From Candidatus Micrarchaeota archaeon (GTDB taxonomy: Archaea > Micrarchaeota > Micrarchaeia > Micrarchaeales > CABMGC01), in NCBI GenBank assembly GCA_027371545.1, contig DAHXMW010000024.1, positions 3,139 to 67,138 on the forward strand: a DNA stretch of 64,000 nt, read 5' to 3'. Both the position numbers and the translations under genes were made by a program. The notes beneath the pieces were generated by a model. That model saw nothing but the letters and a program-made list of their open reading frames with translations. It was not told the origin of the DNA and searched no databases. Of the stretch, positions 26,391 to 37,600 are shown piece after piece. Every line of letters starts with the position of its first letter. Positions within the stretch are counted from its first letter, which is position 1.

Positions 26391-26608
26391 AAAGACACCT
26401 TAATAAGTATTCAGAGAGCCTCTATGCAATTAGCATGAGGTTGAGCTTCCTGAAACTGATGAGAAAGAGGCAGAGCTGGAGAGTGGGGCATATACTGCAG
26501 AAATGCGGCAGTTATGGCAATCCATCATACCAACTTCATTAACGTTTGTTCGCAACTGGTATATAAATATAATGTCCAACTAAAGACTGCAGGGAGAGGG
26601 GATGGAGC

Positions 26609-27277
26609 ATGGCATATCCGCACATAGATAAGATAAAAGCCATAGTGCTTGACTTGGACGGGACATTATACCCTGAATCAAGCGAGCACCTTGCATGCGA
26701 TGCATGGGCCAGGCGGATTAGCCTCTATCTCGATAAGCACGCCCCTGACTTATCGGCAAACCAGGGCTTCAAGCGCATGAAGAGAAAGCTCTCAAGGGAG
26801 AGGAGGATATCTAGGCTTATAGTGGAAGCGTGCAAAATCTCAGGGATACCCATGAAACCATTTGCAAGATACGCTTACAATATAAAAACCGAAGACGCAA
26901 AACTAAGCAAGGACATTAAACTCTCCAAGGCGCTCTCGGTAGCGGGAGAGAATCAAGAGCTTTACCTATTCACAAACAGTTACACCAACTGGGTGGAGAA
27001 TGCGCTGCACTCAATAGGCATATCGGATGCCTTTCCGCGCAGAAGAATAACAGATTTATCAGATCTAGGTTTCAACATAAAGCCTTGCAAAGAATCCTTC
27101 CGCATTCTCCTAAAGCGGGTGAGGTGCAATAAAGAAGATATGATATTCCTTGACAATAGCGCATCAAACGTACGCGCAGCCATGGGTTTCGGCATACGCT
27201 CAATGCAGGTAAGGAGCTCTGGAGGCAGAGGCACCGGCCCATTATGCGAAATTCTCAGATCCTATGCGTACAAGTAA
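26609..27277 (+). CDS. HAD superfamily hydrolase
   Basis: IVLDLDGTLY (motif I DxDxT), LFTNS (motif II) and FLDNS (motif IV region). Confidence 0.7.
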   Translation: MAYPHIDKIKAIVLDLDGTLYPESSEHLACDAWARRISLYLDKHAPDLSANQGFKRMKRKLSRERRISRLIVEACKISGIPMKPFARYAYNIKTEDAKLSKDIKLSKALSVAGENQELYLFTNSYTNWVENALHSIGISDAFPRRRITDLSDLGFNIKPCKESFRILLKRVRCNKEDMIFLDNSASNVRAAMGFGIRSMQVRSSGGRGTGPLCEILRSYAYK

Positions 27278-27432
27278 AGGCATGGTGCAGCGTACACTCC
27301 GGTGCACATCAAGCCGCATAGGCCGCACAGCCCAATGCCCCATTATTTCTGTAAAAAATCCAATGTAGTATATATAATATTGCTAAAATATTGTAAAAAA
27401 CGCAATAAAAATGCAAATAAATATATATAGTT

Positions 27433-28560
27433 ATGATGCGATATCAAAAAGATAATATGACTGGAAAGAACCTATCCCCGAAGGACTTTGCCGATGATGC
27501 GTTCTCCGTACTGAGCGATCCCCTGATGCAGAAAGTATATGCCGCATACGATAATGTAAGCGCAAGCATGAGGGAATACCTGAACAGCGACGGTTTTCTC
27601 GAGTATAAATCCATACTCATGGGCCCTGTTACGGATCCTGGAATACGCGGTTCAAAGCAGGTGACTGTTGACTATTACGGATACGAATACAAGATGATGA
27701 GCAGCGCGATACTATACAAACAGCTTCTCACCGCTGCAAGGAAAAAAGCAGGAGGAGAGGGAAAGATATACTTCTTTGCGGATAACATACGCCTTGAGCC
27801 GATGGAGACTGCAAATACGGACAGGCACCTCGCAGAGTTTATACAGGTGGACATAGAGCTTGCGGATACTGATCATCATGGCGCAATGTCCGTGGCTGAA
27901 GGTTTGCTTACGCACGTCTGCAAGAGCATGAAACGCCATGAGAAGGAGCTCTCCGAGATCTGGGGCGCTTTCTCCGAAGAGGCAGGAGCCCGCGGGCTGG
28001 AAAAGAGAACAGAGATACGCGTGCCTAAGACTCCATTCAAGAGGTATACGCACAAGGAAGCTGTCGATGAGCTGATATCCTATATCGATTCGAATCCCGA
28101 GGCGCTCAAGGAGATGGAAAAGAGATTCGGCTTCAAGCCAAAGGAACTTAACCATAAGACCGAAATCCACTGGGAGTACGAGTGGCTGCTCTCCAGCATA
28201 AACAAAGATCCCTTCTTCGTTTACGACTATCCGAAGGGGTCAAGGGGCTTCTACGACAGGGAATACGACGACAAGAAAGGGGTGCTTATGGACTTCGACA
28301 TGCTCTTTCCAGGGGGATACGGCGAAGCTGCCAGCGGCGCAGCAAGGGAATACGAGCATGGGAGGATAATAGCAAGAATGAAGGAAACCGGGGAGAAGCT
28401 TGACAAATATAGATGGTACCTCGAGTTCCTAAAAGCACACGGCATAAAGACTGCAGGCTTCGGGATAGGGCTGGAGCGCACAGTAAGATATATATGCGGT
28501 CTTCCAAGCATATACATGGCATTGCCGTGTCCGAGAATTCCCGGGCTGCTCTCGCCTTAA
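27433..28560 (+). CDS. Class II aaRS catalytic-core paralog (AsnRS/AspRS-like; archaeal asparagine synthetase A type)
   Basis: Motif 2-like NIRLEP...DRHLAEFIQVDIE and motif 3-like GFGIGLERTVRYICGL. There is no N-terminal OB anticodon-binding domain. Confidence 0.65.
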   Translation: MMRYQKDNMTGKNLSPKDFADDAFSVLSDPLMQKVYAAYDNVSASMREYLNSDGFLEYKSILMGPVTDPGIRGSKQVTVDYYGYEYKMMSSAILYKQLLTAARKKAGGEGKIYFFADNIRLEPMETANTDRHLAEFIQVDIELADTDHHGAMSVAEGLLTHVCKSMKRHEKELSEIWGAFSEEAGARGLEKRTEIRVPKTPFKRYTHKEAVDELISYIDSNPEALKEMEKRFGFKPKELNHKTEIHWEYEWLLSSINKDPFFVYDYPKGSRGFYDREYDDKKGVLMDFDMLFPGGYGEAASGAAREYEHGRIIARMKETGEKLDKYRWYLEFLKAHGIKTAGFGIGLERTVRYICGLPSIYMALPCPRIPGLLSP

Positions 28561-28574
28561 GCAGAACGATATCC

Positions 28575-29978
28575 ATGCCCAAGAATTTCCTAGGAAAGAA
28601 GACCGATTACCCTGTAAGGGAGATAATGGAGAGAGCCAGGAGGGGGAGGAAGTCCATATATCCGTTCTCAAACGAGAAGTCGAGGTTTTCCATATACGGC
28701 GCTTCAATGGAGCATTCAGGGAAGAAGTTCTTTACCCTTGACAATATAGTGATAACACCTCCGCAATTCACTCCAAAGAGGCTTGAGAAGGCGATAGAGC
28801 TTATAGGGAGGGAACCGATATATCACGATGTCGACCTCTCATCGCAGATAGGTGGATTCAAGACAAAACTTCCACTAGTACAGTCATCGATGGGCAGCCA
28901 GGATGACTGGAATAAAGTGGCCCCGTTTGCTGCAAAGGCATGCGCGGAATCAGGCATAATAGCAGGGATAGGGGAGAACATAACTACGACATGGGGTTAT
29001 AGCTCCAGGGTCAATGCCTCGCAACCATCCTTCTATGACAGGTCCATCTCATATCTCGAGAACACCACAGAGGATTACGGCGGGCTGATAATCCAGCAGA
29101 ACGAGGAAGATGCATACGATGAACTATGGAACAGGGTATATTCAGACAAAAAATTTGATGAATACATACAGAAGGGCATGATCGCATTTGAGATAAAAGG
29201 AGGTCAGGGCGCAAAGGCGGGGATGGGCGGAGAGAAAATAGTCGACAGGGCTACGGCATTGCGGCTTAAGCAGAAGTATACGATATATCCGGATCCGGAG
29301 CATGTAATTGCAGATTCCTACGAGAGGCACTCGGCTCCTGATATATTCACAGAGGAAATACTGGAGAACAGGATAAAGAAGCTCAAGAACGATTATCCCA
29401 GGGTAAAGATATGGTTCAAGACCGGCCCATACAGGGATCTGGGAGAGGTCATAAGAATTGCGGCAGATGCAGGCGCGGACAACATAACAATAGACGGAAA
29501 GGAAGGGGGCACGGGGATGAGCCCTTCGGTAGCGCTAAACGATGTCGGAATCCCAACCATATCGTGCATGAAGGCGATAGCATCCGCACGGGAGAAGGGC
29601 ATTACCGTAAGCATGATATCTTCAGGAAGGATGACGGGCGGGGGCGATATGGTGAAGAGCATTGCGCTAGGCGCATCCGGAATAGCAATGGGCAGGCCGT
29701 TCCTAGTAGCCTCATACGCATACAGCCATGCTGAGCATTTCATAGAGCGGGAACTGTACAATTACGCCATACTCAAGAACATCTCTTCCAGGATTGCCAA
29801 GCCTGACAAGAGATCGATAACCTTCGTGAAGAACATGATCGAATCTATAGAGACAGAAGCGAAGCTCCTTATAGCATCAGTGGGCAAGTATAAGGCAAGC
29901 GATCTCTCAAGGGAAGACCTGGGGACAGGGATGAGAGAGCTCTCAAGCCTGCTGGGGATAAAATACATATACGAATAA
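28575..29978 (+). CDS. Glutamate synthase domain-2-like FMN-binding protein (GltB-related)
   Basis: IKGGQGAKAGMGGEK and IDGKEGGTGMSP...SGRMTGGGD. Start set at the ATG at 28575, after the upstream stop. The ORF-track start at 28413 overlaps the previous gene. Confidence 0.8.
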   Translation: MPKNFLGKKTDYPVREIMERARRGRKSIYPFSNEKSRFSIYGASMEHSGKKFFTLDNIVITPPQFTPKRLEKAIELIGREPIYHDVDLSSQIGGFKTKLPLVQSSMGSQDDWNKVAPFAAKACAESGIIAGIGENITTTWGYSSRVNASQPSFYDRSISYLENTTEDYGGLIIQQNEEDAYDELWNRVYSDKKFDEYIQKGMIAFEIKGGQGAKAGMGGEKIVDRATALRLKQKYTIYPDPEHVIADSYERHSAPDIFTEEILENRIKKLKNDYPRVKIWFKTGPYRDLGEVIRIAADAGADNITIDGKEGGTGMSPSVALNDVGIPTISCMKAIASAREKGITVSMISSGRMTGGGDMVKSIALGASGIAMGRPFLVASYAYSHAEHFIERELYNYAILKNISSRIAKPDKRSITFVKNMIESIETEAKLLIASVGKYKASDLSREDLGTGMRELSSLLGIKYIYE

Positions 29979-30012
29979 TGCCATCTCCAGCCTCAGCATA
30001 TGCGTGCCTATA

Positions 30013-30528
30013 TCAGACTTTGCAGAAGCTTGCGAAATAAAGCAGCCCGCTTATTGTGGTGTTGTCCATTATCCTTCCTTCCTTTATCATCCTAAGGGCG
30101 CCAGAGAGGCCGATCCTGTAAGGCTTTATTATCTCATCCTTATCCATATCGGTTTTGGACTTGCGTAGCCCTGTTGCAAGGAAATAGCTTATCTTCTCCG
30201 TCTGTATGCCTGGCGATACATAAGCGCTTGTAAGATATCTGAGTTTTGATGCGGTATAACCTATTTCTTCTCTAAGCTCCCTCTCCGCAGCTTCCCTTGC
30301 ACTCTCCCCTTCGTCTATATGCCCGGCGGGAATTTCATATAGATACCTGGATATTGCAAATCTGTACTGCCTCTCGAGTATTACCTCCCCAGCTGCGGTA
30401 AAGGGGATAACCCCTATAGTATCCGCGCCGACAATCCTCTCATGCTGCACCTTCTTGCCTTCCTTCTCCGCAGTGAACCTCTCCACATTGAATATCGTGC
30501 TCCTGTGGACTATCTCGCTCTTCTTCAT
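30013..30528 (-). CDS. NUDIX hydrolase (ADP-ribose pyrophosphatase-like)
   Basis: NUDIX box GHIDEGESAREAAERELREEIGY. Start at MKKSEIV (30528); an alternative lies upstream at 30570. Confidence 0.8.
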   Translation of the reverse strand: MKKSEIVHRSTIFNVERFTAEKEGKKVQHERIVGADTIGVIPFTAAGEVILERQYRFAISRYLYEIPAGHIDEGESAREAAERELREEIGYTASKLRYLTSAYVSPGIQTEKISYFLATGLRKSKTDMDKDEIIKPYRIGLSGALRMIKEGRIMDNTTISGLLYFASFCKV

Positions 30529-30532
30529 ATTA

Positions 30533-31234
30533 TTACTGTTTTTTCTGAGGGAACTGCTGAAGACCCTCAAGATATACTTCCGAAGAGAGCTTGAACCTCG
30601 AGACGCTGTGCGTTATGACCCTTCCCTTGCCTTTGAAAGTCGCAAGGAAAAGTCCGACGCCTCCGAAAAGGGCCGTCCTTACGTTGTCTACGAATCTTAT
30701 CTTGTAGCTGAGTGCCGTATCAAATCCGGCAACATGTCCCGGGTCTACCTCCAGTGTCTGACTTCCATCTAAGTCATGTATTGTTATATCTCCTGCGAGA
30801 TGCAGGTACACAACTCCGGGCCCTACGAATTTCTGAAGGAGAAGCCCTGCGCCACCGAAGAACGCCGCGCCTATGTTTACGGCTTCCATAGTGAAGTTTA
30901 TGTCTCCTTCTGCAGCCAAGAACGCATAATGTTCAGCAGTGAACATCTGCCCAGGCCCTAACTCTATCGGGACTATCCTTCCAGGAAAGACTCCTGCAAG
31001 TGTTACATGCCCCTCTCCGCTCTCGGATGAAAAAACCGTAAGCAGCGCGCTGGCCCCGGTAACCTTACGCTCTATAGTCTTGAATATCCCACCAACCATC
31101 CTTGGAGTCATTGTAACATTGTCTGATTTGCTGACAAGCTTTCCCGAATCGGCATATATCTTCTCCCCCTGATTAAGGTATACCTTCAGAGCCTGCATGT
31201 TTGAGCCCATTATCTCGTATTTCATCCATAGCAC
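30533..31234 (-). CDS. AIM24/DUF124 (TIGR00266) family protein
   Basis: MKYEIMGSNMQALKVYLNQGEKIYADSGKLV...GGAGLLLQKFxGPGVVYL is the typical family pattern. Confidence 0.75.
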   Translation of the reverse strand: MLWMKYEIMGSNMQALKVYLNQGEKIYADSGKLVSKSDNVTMTPRMVGGIFKTIERKVTGASALLTVFSSESGEGHVTLAGVFPGRIVPIELGPGQMFTAEHYAFLAAEGDINFTMEAVNIGAAFFGGAGLLLQKFVGPGVVYLHLAGDITIHDLDGSQTLEVDPGHVAGFDTALSYKIRFVDNVRTALFGGVGLFLATFKGKGRVITHSVSRFKLSSEVYLEGLQQFPQKKQ

Positions 31235-33061
31235 CTAAATAATAGCATTAAGTTCATCGCCTTCTATATTAAACCCGTACTTTGACATTATCTCGGATCG
31301 CGATATCTCCCCATTCTTTGCGAATTCCGATACCAATTTGCGGAGCCTTTCCCCGCTTATCTTCTCGAGATTTCCTTCTTTTATTGCCTCGTCCACTTCC
31401 TTTGCATTCTTAGGCATGGACTTGACTATCTCCTTTATGGCTTTCTTCGTTATTTTGCCAGAGGCAAACCTCCTGAATATATCCTCAAGAACTTCGTCAT
31501 CTATAGAATACGGGTCAATACCCTGCCTGCTAAGCTCCTTGAATTTCTCAAGCAGCACATCAGCAACGACTCTTGTATCCGCTCCTGTGCGCTCCGTAAT
31601 CCTGAAGTAGCGCTGCAGCTCCCTTGACCATATCAGCTGTTCGACAAGCTGCACATTGTTCAATTCAGCAACCAGCCTTTCCCTGACTTGATCTTCTTGG
31701 ACTATGCTCTTCCCTATCTCAGCATAATGTCTGCCTTCCACTCTTACAGGCACAGAATCGGTTTCAGGATACATTCTAGCGCCTCCTGGAAGCGGCCTCA
31801 TAAACCTCGTTATATTCTTTTTCGAATCTACATTCCTAGTCTCAGGCACAACTCCTTCCTTTGCCATCTCTGCCCTTCCGATTGCAAGCGATAGTGCATT
31901 TCTAGCTGTCTTCTCGTCTCCTGCCACCATAATAAAAGCGTCACTCTCCTTTACCCCAAGCCGCTTCTTGATCAAGGCAGAGATTGCATCGTCAATTCCG
32001 TATTTCGATAGATCTTCATCGCTATGCATGATGCCGTTAACCCCTGCCATTTTAGCATAATCGCTGACCTCGCTTCCTAAGCGCCTCCCTTCGTTTATCT
32101 CCCTGCCCAGGAATCCGCGCAATCCTGATATGCGCGCTCCCATGACCTTGCCGCCTTTGCCAAGAGCCTCTCTTATCATCCCATTTCCTATCCCGTTGAA
32201 TTCGCCGCTAATGTCAATGATGCTGCCGCCCTTTACATCTACGCCCTTGATCTCATTGGCTATCTCTATAAGCCTAAGCTGCCTATCAACCTCGTTTTCT
32301 ATAACGGTATCCATGCTCTCAAGGCTCTGGAATCCCTTTATCTCTACCCTTCTTCCTCCGCTTACAGAGATGTTGACATCCTGTCTTATTGACCCTATTC
32401 CGCGCTGGGCACATCCGTTCAGTCGGAGGAGCAGACCTATCTTCATCGCAGTGCTTTTAGCCTCCTGCGGGCTCCTTATATCCGGCCCAGTGTCTATCTC
32501 AACAAGAGGCACTCCTATCCTGTCAAGCCCATATACGACAACATTATCCATGCGCCCTTCAATGCTGCTGGATTCCTCCTCAAGGAATATCGATGGTATT
32601 GCTATATGCTTTCCGTCTACTTCCAGCTGCCCATCGAAGCCTATCATCATGCTCCTCTGGAAAGCGCTCGGGTCGCTTCCGTCAACCACAACCTTGCGCA
32701 TCACTTCTACCTCATCAGGTATTGCTGCCTTAAGCACCGCGCATGCCTTGAGGCCGAGCGCAAGCGCATCCCTATTAAGATTGTGCGGAGGCTCCTCGTC
32801 AACATCTACAAGGCACGAGCTCTTTTCGTATATAGTGTATACAAATTTCCTGTGCCTCATGCCCTCGAACTCTGTCGATGGATCTACCAAGCCAAGCTCG
32901 CCCGCCACCGCCCTCTGGAATCTCTCAACCTTGCCTACTGCATTATCCGTTGCAATTCCCGCTGAGCATGAGCAGAATAGCTTCTCCTTTGTATCGAGCC
33001 TCTGGTGTATCTCAAGCCCGCATTTGAATCCTATCGATCTGTAATACTCGGCATCTCGCAT
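31235..33061 (-). CDS. gatE: Glu-tRNA(Gln) amidotransferase subunit E
   Basis: GFKCGLEIHQRLDTKEKLFCSC, with archaeal GatE length (608 aa). It is adjacent to gatD. Confidence 0.9.
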   Translation of the reverse strand: MRDAEYYRSIGFKCGLEIHQRLDTKEKLFCSCSAGIATDNAVGKVERFQRAVAGELGLVDPSTEFEGMRHRKFVYTIYEKSSCLVDVDEEPPHNLNRDALALGLKACAVLKAAIPDEVEVMRKVVVDGSDPSAFQRSMMIGFDGQLEVDGKHIAIPSIFLEEESSSIEGRMDNVVVYGLDRIGVPLVEIDTGPDIRSPQEAKSTAMKIGLLLRLNGCAQRGIGSIRQDVNISVSGGRRVEIKGFQSLESMDTVIENEVDRQLRLIEIANEIKGVDVKGGSIIDISGEFNGIGNGMIREALGKGGKVMGARISGLRGFLGREINEGRRLGSEVSDYAKMAGVNGIMHSDEDLSKYGIDDAISALIKKRLGVKESDAFIMVAGDEKTARNALSLAIGRAEMAKEGVVPETRNVDSKKNITRFMRPLPGGARMYPETDSVPVRVEGRHYAEIGKSIVQEDQVRERLVAELNNVQLVEQLIWSRELQRYFRITERTGADTRVVADVLLEKFKELSRQGIDPYSIDDEVLEDIFRRFASGKITKKAIKEIVKSMPKNAKEVDEAIKEGNLEKISGERLRKLVSEFAKNGEISRSEIMSKYGFNIEGDELNAII

Positions 33062-33064
33062 ACG

Positions 33065-34417
33065 CTACACCAAGTCAAAACCCGCAACAGACCTGCTGGT
33101 AATCTCCCCGGCGATGTCAACCGCAAGCATCTCCCTGGCCTCCTCTTCCTTATAATTTCCAAGGAGGAATCCAAGTTTAACATATGCCACTTCTGGCATC
33201 ATATCTTCGCAATAAATTCCTCCAGCTTCCCTAAGCAGCCTTAGGTTCCTGTATACCTTGTCATTCACCCTTCCGTATATGCACTGTGAAGTAATACCAA
33301 CTATTATACCAGCATCAACGGCCCTCTTAACATTCTGGAGCCATGAAAAATCTTTTATGCTTGGAGAGCTGGGCACATGCCCCAACCCTGTTCCTTCAAG
33401 TATAATGCCACGGTAGCCCTTAGTCATATAATACTCTATTATCCCAGGGTCAGAGTTCGGATGTGTTTTTATCAATGCGACTCTCGGCTCAAACCCAGTC
33501 ACTGCCTTAACTTTTTCTGAACTATGTTTCTTATGCCTGTATTCTGACATATATTCTAGCTTGCCTCCTTCGTAAACCGCACATATCGGTGTGCTGTTCA
33601 CAGGCCTGAAAGCATCCCTTCTTGAAGTATGCATCTTTCTGGCCTTGGTCCCCCTTATGAAATAATTCCTCCCGTCAGAGCTGTCAGCATGCATGCATAT
33701 TCCAACCTCTGCGATATCGCTTCCTGAAGAGACCTGAAAAGACCTCACCAGATTCACGAAAGCATCGCTAGATCCCCTGTCGCTGCTTCTCTGTGCACCT
33801 GTTATGGCTACTGTGGCATTAAGATCTCTAAGCATAAAACTGAGCGCTGCGGCAGTATAATGCATGGTATCCGTTCCATGCGTTATGACAATCCCCGAAG
33901 AACCATCATTCAGCTCATCCGCCACAGCCTCTGCTATCGATGCCCATTCCTTGTATGTCATGTCCTCGCTTGCTATGCTCATTAAATTCTTTATCCTAAG
34001 GTCTGCCATCTCGTAAATTTCTGGAACTTCGTAAAGAAGCTCCTCCGGCTTGGTAAGCATGTAAACCCCTCCTGTCGCATAGTCCACCTTGCTACCTATC
34101 GTCCCTCCAGTGTAAATCATGGATATCCTGGGGAGGGACTTGTCGCCTTTTGCCTCGTATCTAGGAAACGAAAATTCTCCTTTTCTCGACTCTAATTTCT
34201 TAACGATGCACGTCTCCGGCACCGCAATGCCTATATTGTATCCGTCATCCCTCTTTATAACAATCACATCCCTGTCCCCGGCATCAGGCCTTGGCATAAG
34301 GATACCATCAAATGTCCCCCTCTCAGTCTCTAAGCGTATTCTGTCCCCTTCCTTCGCTTGGGCCTTTGATAGGATGCGGCTTATCCTTTCAGAGTACATA
34401 CGATATACTAAGCGCAT
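33065..34417 (-). CDS. gatD: Glu-tRNA(Gln) amidotransferase subunit D
   Basis: Asparaginase-type core IYTGGTIGS...ITHGTDTM...GTGLGH, plus the N-terminal GatD-specific domain. Confidence 0.9.
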   Translation of the reverse strand: MRLVYRMYSERISRILSKAQAKEGDRIRLETERGTFDGILMPRPDAGDRDVIVIKRDDGYNIGIAVPETCIVKKLESRKGEFSFPRYEAKGDKSLPRISMIYTGGTIGSKVDYATGGVYMLTKPEELLYEVPEIYEMADLRIKNLMSIASEDMTYKEWASIAEAVADELNDGSSGIVITHGTDTMHYTAAALSFMLRDLNATVAITGAQRSSDRGSSDAFVNLVRSFQVSSGSDIAEVGICMHADSSDGRNYFIRGTKARKMHTSRRDAFRPVNSTPICAVYEGGKLEYMSEYRHKKHSSEKVKAVTGFEPRVALIKTHPNSDPGIIEYYMTKGYRGIILEGTGLGHVPSSPSIKDFSWLQNVKRAVDAGIIVGITSQCIYGRVNDKVYRNLRLLREAGGIYCEDMMPEVAYVKLGFLLGNYKEEEAREMLAVDIAGEITSRSVAGFDLV

Positions 34418-34632
34418 ATATTACTATAAACCTTGATGTGCAACTGCCACATAACCCGCTTAAAGGTTGTTTGGCAAATCCAAACAAGTTTGAAAACGGG
34501 CAAATAGATTAATATACTTACTATCCAATAGCTAGTGTAATTTTCATACTGTTAATGCATAAAATGCATCCTTAATTCCAGAATCGTAAAATAAGGAAAT
34601 TTAGGAACAAATTTAATAATAGCAAGCGTGAA

Positions 34633-37600
34633 TTGATGGGCCGCTTAATTGGCAGCGAAGTAAAACCGAATACTCTTGCACTGGCATCAGTATTGTGCAT
34701 CTTACTTCTAGCTTTCACATACCCTCATTCTACATACCATAATTCCTACGCCATATACGGCCAACAGGATGCCGCAAATCTCTTCCCCGGAGTACATGCA
34801 ACTGTAATCAATCAGACATACCTGGAATTTAACCTTACCAATGCGACAAATAATTCATCAATAAACTACATATTCAATTACACCTTCAACTACACTTCAA
34901 ATTACACCAACACACACATACATGCACCAATTAACGAGTTTGTGTCAGATGCAAATACCTCAAACTCATCGGAAAATACCAGCAATTGGCTCCGGGGAGA
35001 GCATATTTACCTATTTAACTACTTTCAGGTAGGCGTAAATTCCTCAACCAATAATACCTACGTTGGGAACACTATTTCATTATCTGCAATAATCCCGCCA
35101 AATATACTAAATCTCTCATCAAATGAGTTCATACAATACAAATGGGTCGTTGCCGATGGATCATCATGCCCCGGATTTCAGCAGAATGGGTTCGGCGATT
35201 CTTCAAATATTCTAAACTACACTCCATCTGCCAATTCATCAAGATGCATATTCGGAGTTTTTGTCCATGTTCACCTAAATGGGCAGAATCGCGGCGATAA
35301 TGGAGACGCAGGATATGGCCAACATACATTGCAGAACTGCGATGACGATGACGAGTTCTGCAACCTATTCGGATACGGGGAATCCAATTCGATCGAAATA
35401 CAAAATAAACAGCAGCCATTAAGTGTAACAGGGATAAGCGTCTCAAGCAATCCCATAGACTTTAACCAGCAGATAACTCTAAAAACAACTGTATCCGGCG
35501 GAACACCTGGCTATTCGGGCAAGCTGTTTGTAGCATATAATTCAACAGCCTCAAATGCTTTTGTTGTTGCCAATCAATCATGTATAAATTCCGGAAGCAT
35601 TATCTCATGTAATTTCGCAAATACCAACAGCACGAGGAGGAGTGGATCCTTCTTTTTCAAGATAATGGTGTCTGATTCTTCAGGCAACTCAATAAATACA
35701 TCCATATCCAATGCTGTTCAAATAGAGAGCCTTGCCATATTTCCAAACAAAACTACCATAAATTCAGGAGGCAGTGTCTTATTTGCAAACAAAACAGGCC
35801 CAGGCAGCGATACATACGCAAACTTTGCATATACTGTTTCTCCATCAAATGGCGTTATCGAGAATGGCAATAATTTTACATTCAATGAACCTGGCAATTA
35901 TTCCGTTATGCTCACCGCGTTGGGCAATGCACAAGATTCATCCCCTCCAGCTAACGAAACTGTCGAGGCCAATGCAATAGTTACTGTACTTCCAGCACTA
36001 TCATTCGGCGCACCTAACCTCACGATACCGAACTCCACGATAGACGTGGGACAGACGGAGGAGATAACCGCAAACGTGATCGGAGGAACAGGCCCATACA
36101 CCTATCTCTGGACGGACAATGGCAACACACTATCCGGGACAACAAACACGATAACGTTCACAGGCACATACGCAGGGACGAACAAGATATCGGTTGAGGT
36201 GACCGATTCTGCGGGAAGGAGCGCAAACGCGCTAGGCACCGTAACGGTCAATAACGCACTAATCTCTATAAGTCCGCAGATAATCAAAATGGATCTGGGC
36301 CAGAAAATCGCTTTCAATTCATTCATATCTAACTCGCTTATAATACGGATTAAGGGTTTCAACTGGGAATTCACACCGAACGATTCAACAAATAGCCTTC
36401 TTGTGTGCAAAAATACGGCTAACTGTACATTCTCGCCTGAGTCTTCAGGAAACGTGATGCTATTCGTCCAGCTTGGCAATATTACCCTTAATTCTACAAA
36501 TTCAATAGTTACTGTAGTTGGAAATGCCCTGAATGTTTCAGTATCTCCTCTTTATACATCAATTTATACAGGTACGTCTGCAGCATTCACTGCGCACGTG
36601 TCTGGAGGTTCAGGTGACTTCGAATACCAGTGGTATAACACTACGAATGGCGTAGTGCCAATTCCAAGTGCAACTACAAACACGCTTACAGTACTAGGCG
36701 ATTCTACAGGGAACTTTACCTATCATGTTAATGTAACTGATCTGGAAACTTCCCCTATAAATGTGGTGGAATCAAATGTAGCTTCACTCGAGGTTGAAGC
36801 TCAGCCGCAATCCAATGGCGGTGGTGGTGCAGGCGGCGGCGGAGGCTCAAGCGGAGGCTCAGGTGGCGGTGGCGGAGGAGGTGGTGGCGGTGGCGGAGGC
36901 AACTTCATGCCATCTATATCAAAGACTAATTCCTGCGTTTCAATATCTAACTTTACGCAGCTTAACGACGTATCATTTATACTGGAGAATAAATCGTTCA
37001 ATATCGTGGAGAACTTCATAACTCCAACAAGTGCAGGTGTAACAGTAAACGGGGTGAAGTATACCATAACGCCAGGTTCCAAAACGGATCTGATTAACTT
37101 AGGCAACTACACATTGGAGCTCGGATCAATTTCGTATGTGCCAATAATACAGACGATAACCGTAAGCATATGCAGTTCCGCCTCAAATCAACCTATAACG
37201 ACCACGGTTCTGCCTAACAATAACACCAAGACAAACCCTACAAGCAACAAAGGCACTGGAGCCGGCAAAGGCTCTGGAGGCACAAGCAACGGCGGCGGAG
37301 GCAACTTCTTTGTTACTATACGCCCTAGATCAATAAACGCTAAGCCAGGCGAATTAGTAACATTCATTGCAAACGTCACAGGCGGATTTGGCAATTATAC
37401 ATATACTTGGTATAACGATTCATCTGGAAATCCAGTAGAGATCCCAGGTCAGAAAAACAAAACTCTGGTATTAGTTGCAGGGAACTTTACTGGCACTGAC
37501 AAATATTCAGTAATGGTAAGCAATGCACTATATGACACCAGAGCAATGTCAAATCTGACCTATATAGTAAGTAATACAAGTGACAAAGCGCCACATATCT

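Noticed and set aside
26456-26463. CUGAUGAG, a hammerhead-ribozyme-like or C-box-like core, in the serA/HAD intergenic region
   Set aside because: There is no downstream CGAAA core, no flanking stems, and no CUGA D box at 12-nt spacing.
28413-28574. Upstream extension of the GltB-like ORF
   Set aside because: It overlaps the 3' end of the AsnRS-like gene in another frame. The ATG at 28575 follows that gene's stop.
32130-33044. 304-aa plus-strand ORF
   Set aside because: It is fully antisense to the strongly conserved gatE gene. The translation is S/L/P/T-rich low complexity with no motifs, a typical shadow ORF.
36801-37106. 101-aa minus-strand ORF containing a poly-Pro run
   Set aside because: It is the reverse complement of the GGN Gly tract, so it is an artefact of the repeat.
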